Assembly: GCA_964016885.1 (NCBI GenBank)
Contig: OZ024745.1
Coordinates: 93,372,001-93,436,000, forward strand
Length of the DNA stretch: 64,000 nt
DNA from: Eledone cirrhosa
Lineage: Eukaryota
Direction of reading: 5' to 3'
The notes beneath the pieces were generated by a model. It made no database searches, was not told the origin of the DNA, and saw nothing but the letters and a program-made list of their open reading frames with translations. Made by a program: the position numbers and the translations under genes. Of the stretch, positions 59,927 through 64,000 are shown piece by piece. Numbering within the stretch: the stretch's first letter is position 1; every line of letters starts with the position of its first letter.

Positions 59927-62900
59927 TCATCATCATCATTTTACGTCCGCTTTTCCCTGCTTGCAAGGGTGGGAAGGGTCTTATTCAGCACAACATCTCT
60001 CCACTTGTCACGGTCCTTCGTCATCTCCACCATGAGCTTCAGCGATCTGAGGTCTGTTCTCACCACCTCCGCCCATGTTTTTCGTGGTCTACCTCTACCA
60101 CATCTTCCTTCAACTGGCAATACCCGCCACTTCTTCACCCATCCTCTCGCGCGCACTACATTATATCCCTCTTAGACACAGTTTCTCTCTCAACAGATCC
60201 ATGCTGGGTCGTTCACGCATATTGACACTGAACATCCAACGGAGCATGCTTGCCTCATTTCTATCCACCCTTCGCATATCCTCTGCCGTTACTGCCCAAG
60301 TCTCACTACCATGCAGCATCGCGCTCCTCACACAGGCATCATATAACCGGCCTTTCGTTCACAGGGAGAAACCCTTCTTCGTCAGCAGAGGAAGCAGCTC
60401 CCTAAACTTCTTCCAACCCGTCCTTATTCTAGATACTATGGCCTCGGAACACCCTCCTCCCATGCTAATCTGATCTCCTAGGTACCGGAAGCTATCCACA
60501 ACTTCTATAGCACGCGCCTGCATTTGAAAAATGTGTCGCATTGATAGCAATGCGACTTCTACTGTCTAATTTCCCTGTACATCTACTGTATACGTATTTC
60601 TCCCTACCTGTTAGTTTGCCTGCTATCCCACTACATCTGCATTGTGTGCATTTTATAGAATGTATGCCAGTTCCTTTTCTGCATATCGAACATGGCCATT
60701 TCTCTGACGGAATCAGAGTTTTGTCCTCTTTTGTCTTAGCTAGGTTCACTCTCAGTCCTCTTGCTTCCAGCTGCTGTTTCCATAGCCAGAATTTATTCTC
60801 TAGCTCCTCTACTGATTCTGCTATAAGAACCAGATCGTCAGCTTAGAGAAGTTCCCATGGACAGCCAGTCTTAAACTCCTCTGTTATGGCTTGGAGGACT
60901 ATAATAAACAAGAGCGGGTTGAGGACCGAACCTTGATGCACTCCTACTTGTATCTGGAATTCCTCACTAAACTCCATTCCTACCCTGACTTTACTGACAG
61001 CACCCCTGTACAAAGTTTGCACTGTCCTCACAAGCCATTCCTCAACACCTAGTTTCCTTAGAGACCACCAGATGACAGATCGGGGTACCCTATCAAAGGC
61101 CTTCTTTAGGTCAACAAAGGCTAAGTATAGTGGCTTATTCTTATCTAAGAACGTCGCTTGTAATTGTCTCACCAAGAAGAGGGCATCTGTTGTACTTTTC
61201 CGGGGCACAAAACCAAACTGCATCTCATCTAGTTTGACCCTTTCTCTAATTAGTTGTGCTAATATCCTTTCTGCCACTTTCATAACCTGATCCATCAGTT
61301 TTATACCCCTATAATTGCTCCTCTCCAGAGCATCCCCTTTACCTTTGTAGCAATTTATGAGAATACTGCTGCACTAGTCTTTGGGTATGACACCACCATA
61401 TTGATTGATGATGCGTGCAACCAGTTTAGTGCCTACGTCCCCTGATGCCTTCAGCATCTCAGCAATTATCCCCGACGGTCCAGCAGCCTTACCATTTTTC
61501 ATTTCCTTAATCACCTCTTGGACCCTATATTCGTCAATCTCAATAGCTGGTCTCTCTGTCGGATCTACTGAGGGTAATTTCTCTCTCTCCCATTCGTTCT
61601 CCACATTCATCAGTCTCTCATAATGACATTTCCAGGCCTCCTTTTTTTCTGATCATTCGTGACACTAAGTACACCGGCATCATTCCGGACACATTTATCT
61701 CCAACAACATCCTGATTTGCATTGACACACTGCTTTGCAATGTGGAACACCGCATGCCTCTGATCTTCCCGTCGCAGAACATTGGCAAACCTCCTACTCT
61801 CAGCCTCCCTGCGTGCTAAGTACACCTGATGTCTAGCTTCTCTCTTAGCGGCTGTATATCCTTCTCTACTCCCACCCTTTTTCCAAGCCTTCCATGCTTG
61901 TCTTTTGTCTCTAATGGCCCTATCTAGTGTGCTGTTCCACCACCAGGTCACTCTCTGTCTGGTTGGAGATCTGCTCCAGCCACAAGTTTCATCAGTAGCC
62001 TGCGGTAAGTTGTCACGTAAGAAATTCCAGTTATTATCTATCTCATACGTCTCTAAATTGTCTTCTTTTTCGTCATACACATCTTGAAGGGCTTTCCTAA
62101 ATTTGTATTTTAGTGAAAGGTCTTTTAGCTTTCAGACCTTTCTTCTCCACACCTTCCTGTATGTCTCATTCCATCTCTTGCTTACTGAGATATCACTAAC
62201 GACTAACCTATGCTGTGAGGTACATTCTTCCCCAGGTTATGCCTTGGTATTTGACACCATCTGCATGTCCCGCTGCCTAAATAGTAAGAAGTCAATCTGG
62301 CTTATGTGCTCGCCTGATTTGTAGGTAATTAGGTGGTTGGCTGGTTTCTAGAAGTTAGTGTTGCAAATAGTCAGTGTACTTGCATCACAAAATTCAAGAA
62401 GTCTCACTCCTTCTTCATTTCTTGAGCCGTAACCGTGCCCACCATGTACCCCAGTGTAACCATTCTGGAGCTGTCCAACATGACCATTGAAGTCCCCTGC
62501 TAGCATAACGATGTCTCCGTCCTCTGTCATTGCGGCTGTTTGTAAAAGTTGCTCGTAAAAGGAGTCTTTCTCTTTTTTACCTCGGCCTGCTTGGGGAGCA
62601 TAGGCAGAGATGATTGTCAGTAGTCTCCTGCCTACAACTAATCTAAGCTTAATTATTTGATTATTAACTCGAACTACCTCTATTGTCTTATTTATCCATC
62701 TCTCAGCCAGGAAAATGCCTACCCCCCCCCCCTAACCCATCATCCTTACCTACCCAGAAAACCTTATAACTAAGATGTTTGCCTGCGATTACTCTCACAG
62801 AGGCACCTCTCCATCTCATCGCTTGCACGCAGCACACATCCACATGCCTTCTCTCCAGCATCTCTGCTATTTCAGCAGATCTACCTGTGAGAGTGCCAAC

Positions 62901-62960
62901 ATTAAGTGTTGCAACACTGAAATGCGATGTCTTTATATTTTTGTTGTTCCTATATATTTG
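59924..62960 (-). mobile_element. RTE-BovB family B, near full-length ORF (APE plus RT), frameshifted
   Basis: TLNVGTLTG, IISAYAPQ, AGDFNGHVG, QIDFLL, FVDLKKAFD, GVHQGS; (GAT)n tail. Confidence 0.93.
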
Positions 62961-63381
62961 TTGCTGCGCTCATAATTGTTTTGGCATTGATACACTGGTC
63001 GGATGCTCTTCCTAACACCAGTGCCACTTTACAGCATGGACTGGGTGCTTTTATTCGTGCCACTAGCACTAGAGGGGATGTCTTACTGGACTCCAAGGCC
63101 CTCTCTACCCTTCCATTTTACAGCATGGTCATAACAAAAAAACAAAAAAAAACAAAAAAACAACACCACTTATTGACACTCACGGCACACACACACACTC
63201 ACTCACACACCAACACTCATGCATACAAACACACACACACATATATTACCGTCAATACTGATACAAGATCATGTCAACTGTTGACTTTTACAGTTCAGTA
63301 TTTTTATAATAATAATAATTGTGTGCTTTACAGCATAGAGCAACGGCCCTCCACGTTCCGAGGGGGGGGGGGCAAAAACAA

Positions 63382-63427
<46 letters not shown>

Positions 63428-63525
63428 GTGGTAGAACACTGGAAGGTAATATCCGTAGTGGTAGAGCACTCAGTCCATGGGACGAGTTAGGTAGAAGTGG
63501 TTACACAACAGTTAGTTCACCATAC

Positions 63526-63563
63526 CGAGAACAATTGTTTCACCTTACCGGATCCTCACCTCG
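63526..63563 (-). ncRNA. Minimal hammerhead with C3>G core change
   Basis: rc: cgag-GTGAGGA-tCC ggtaa GGt-GAAA-CAATTG-TT-ctcg. Confidence 0.6.
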
Positions 63564-63732
63564 TAATGGACATGGTTATACGGAACAGGAAGGACAACCG
63601 TACGAACGCGCATGCGCAGAAACGATCACTTCACACAGGCAATACTAAAATGCGCGCGAGGGGTGTAAGGGAGATAACTGCGAAAGTCCGAAAAGTTTCT
63701 AGTTGATAAGAACATTAGGATGGTGTTGTAAC

Positions 63733-63999
63733 TCAATCCGGAGCTTTGTTGTTACGTAAGAGGTGTTTCCAGACGTGTGGACAACGTGTGAAGAATTCAT
63801 TTCTCGTGTTTAGGCAATCACTATTGCATAATCTCTTTAGAATATTTATTCGTTCATCAATACATAGTCCACTCGACGGATTTCCCCTTGCGTATGGCTT
63901 GGACCTATTGGTGGCTTTCCATTGAATGGAGTAGTCTATACTTGAGTCCCTGGGGGACCATACGTGGCTCGCGAGTTTCGTGGATGAACTTCTGTCCGG
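63733..63999 (-). mobile_element. Naiad-type GIY-YIG C-terminus, continues beyond window
   Basis: Manual translation STKLASHVW..YSIQWK..PY..LCIDERINI..LNTRNEFFTRCPH..stop. Confidence 0.82.
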
Positions 64000-64000
64000 G

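Overview
Repeat-saturated eukaryotic genomic DNA. The SINE/LINE mix and very long (TA)n/(CA)n tracts suggest a cephalopod such as Octopus (inference). No host gene can be firmly called, and most ORF-track entries are microsatellite translations. The window is a mosaic of non-LTR retrotransposons: at least 7 Penelope-like (PLE) RT/GIY-YIG pieces, including a near full-length Naiad-type element at 55291-59372; two RTE-BovB families; RTE-X, Tx1/L1, CR1 and R4/Dong-like fragments; and tRNA-derived SINEs. It also holds a mariner remnant and MITEs. The main non-obvious signal is about 25 type I hammerhead ribozyme (HHR) motifs folded by hand, about 19 of them with intact cores. They come from many unrelated sequence families and include U3-A8 core variants and long-stem-II variants. 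Many sit in head-to-head fold-back palindromes beside (TA)n tracts, always with the same polarity. Boundaries were read by eye and are approximate to a few nt (tens of nt for degraded elements).
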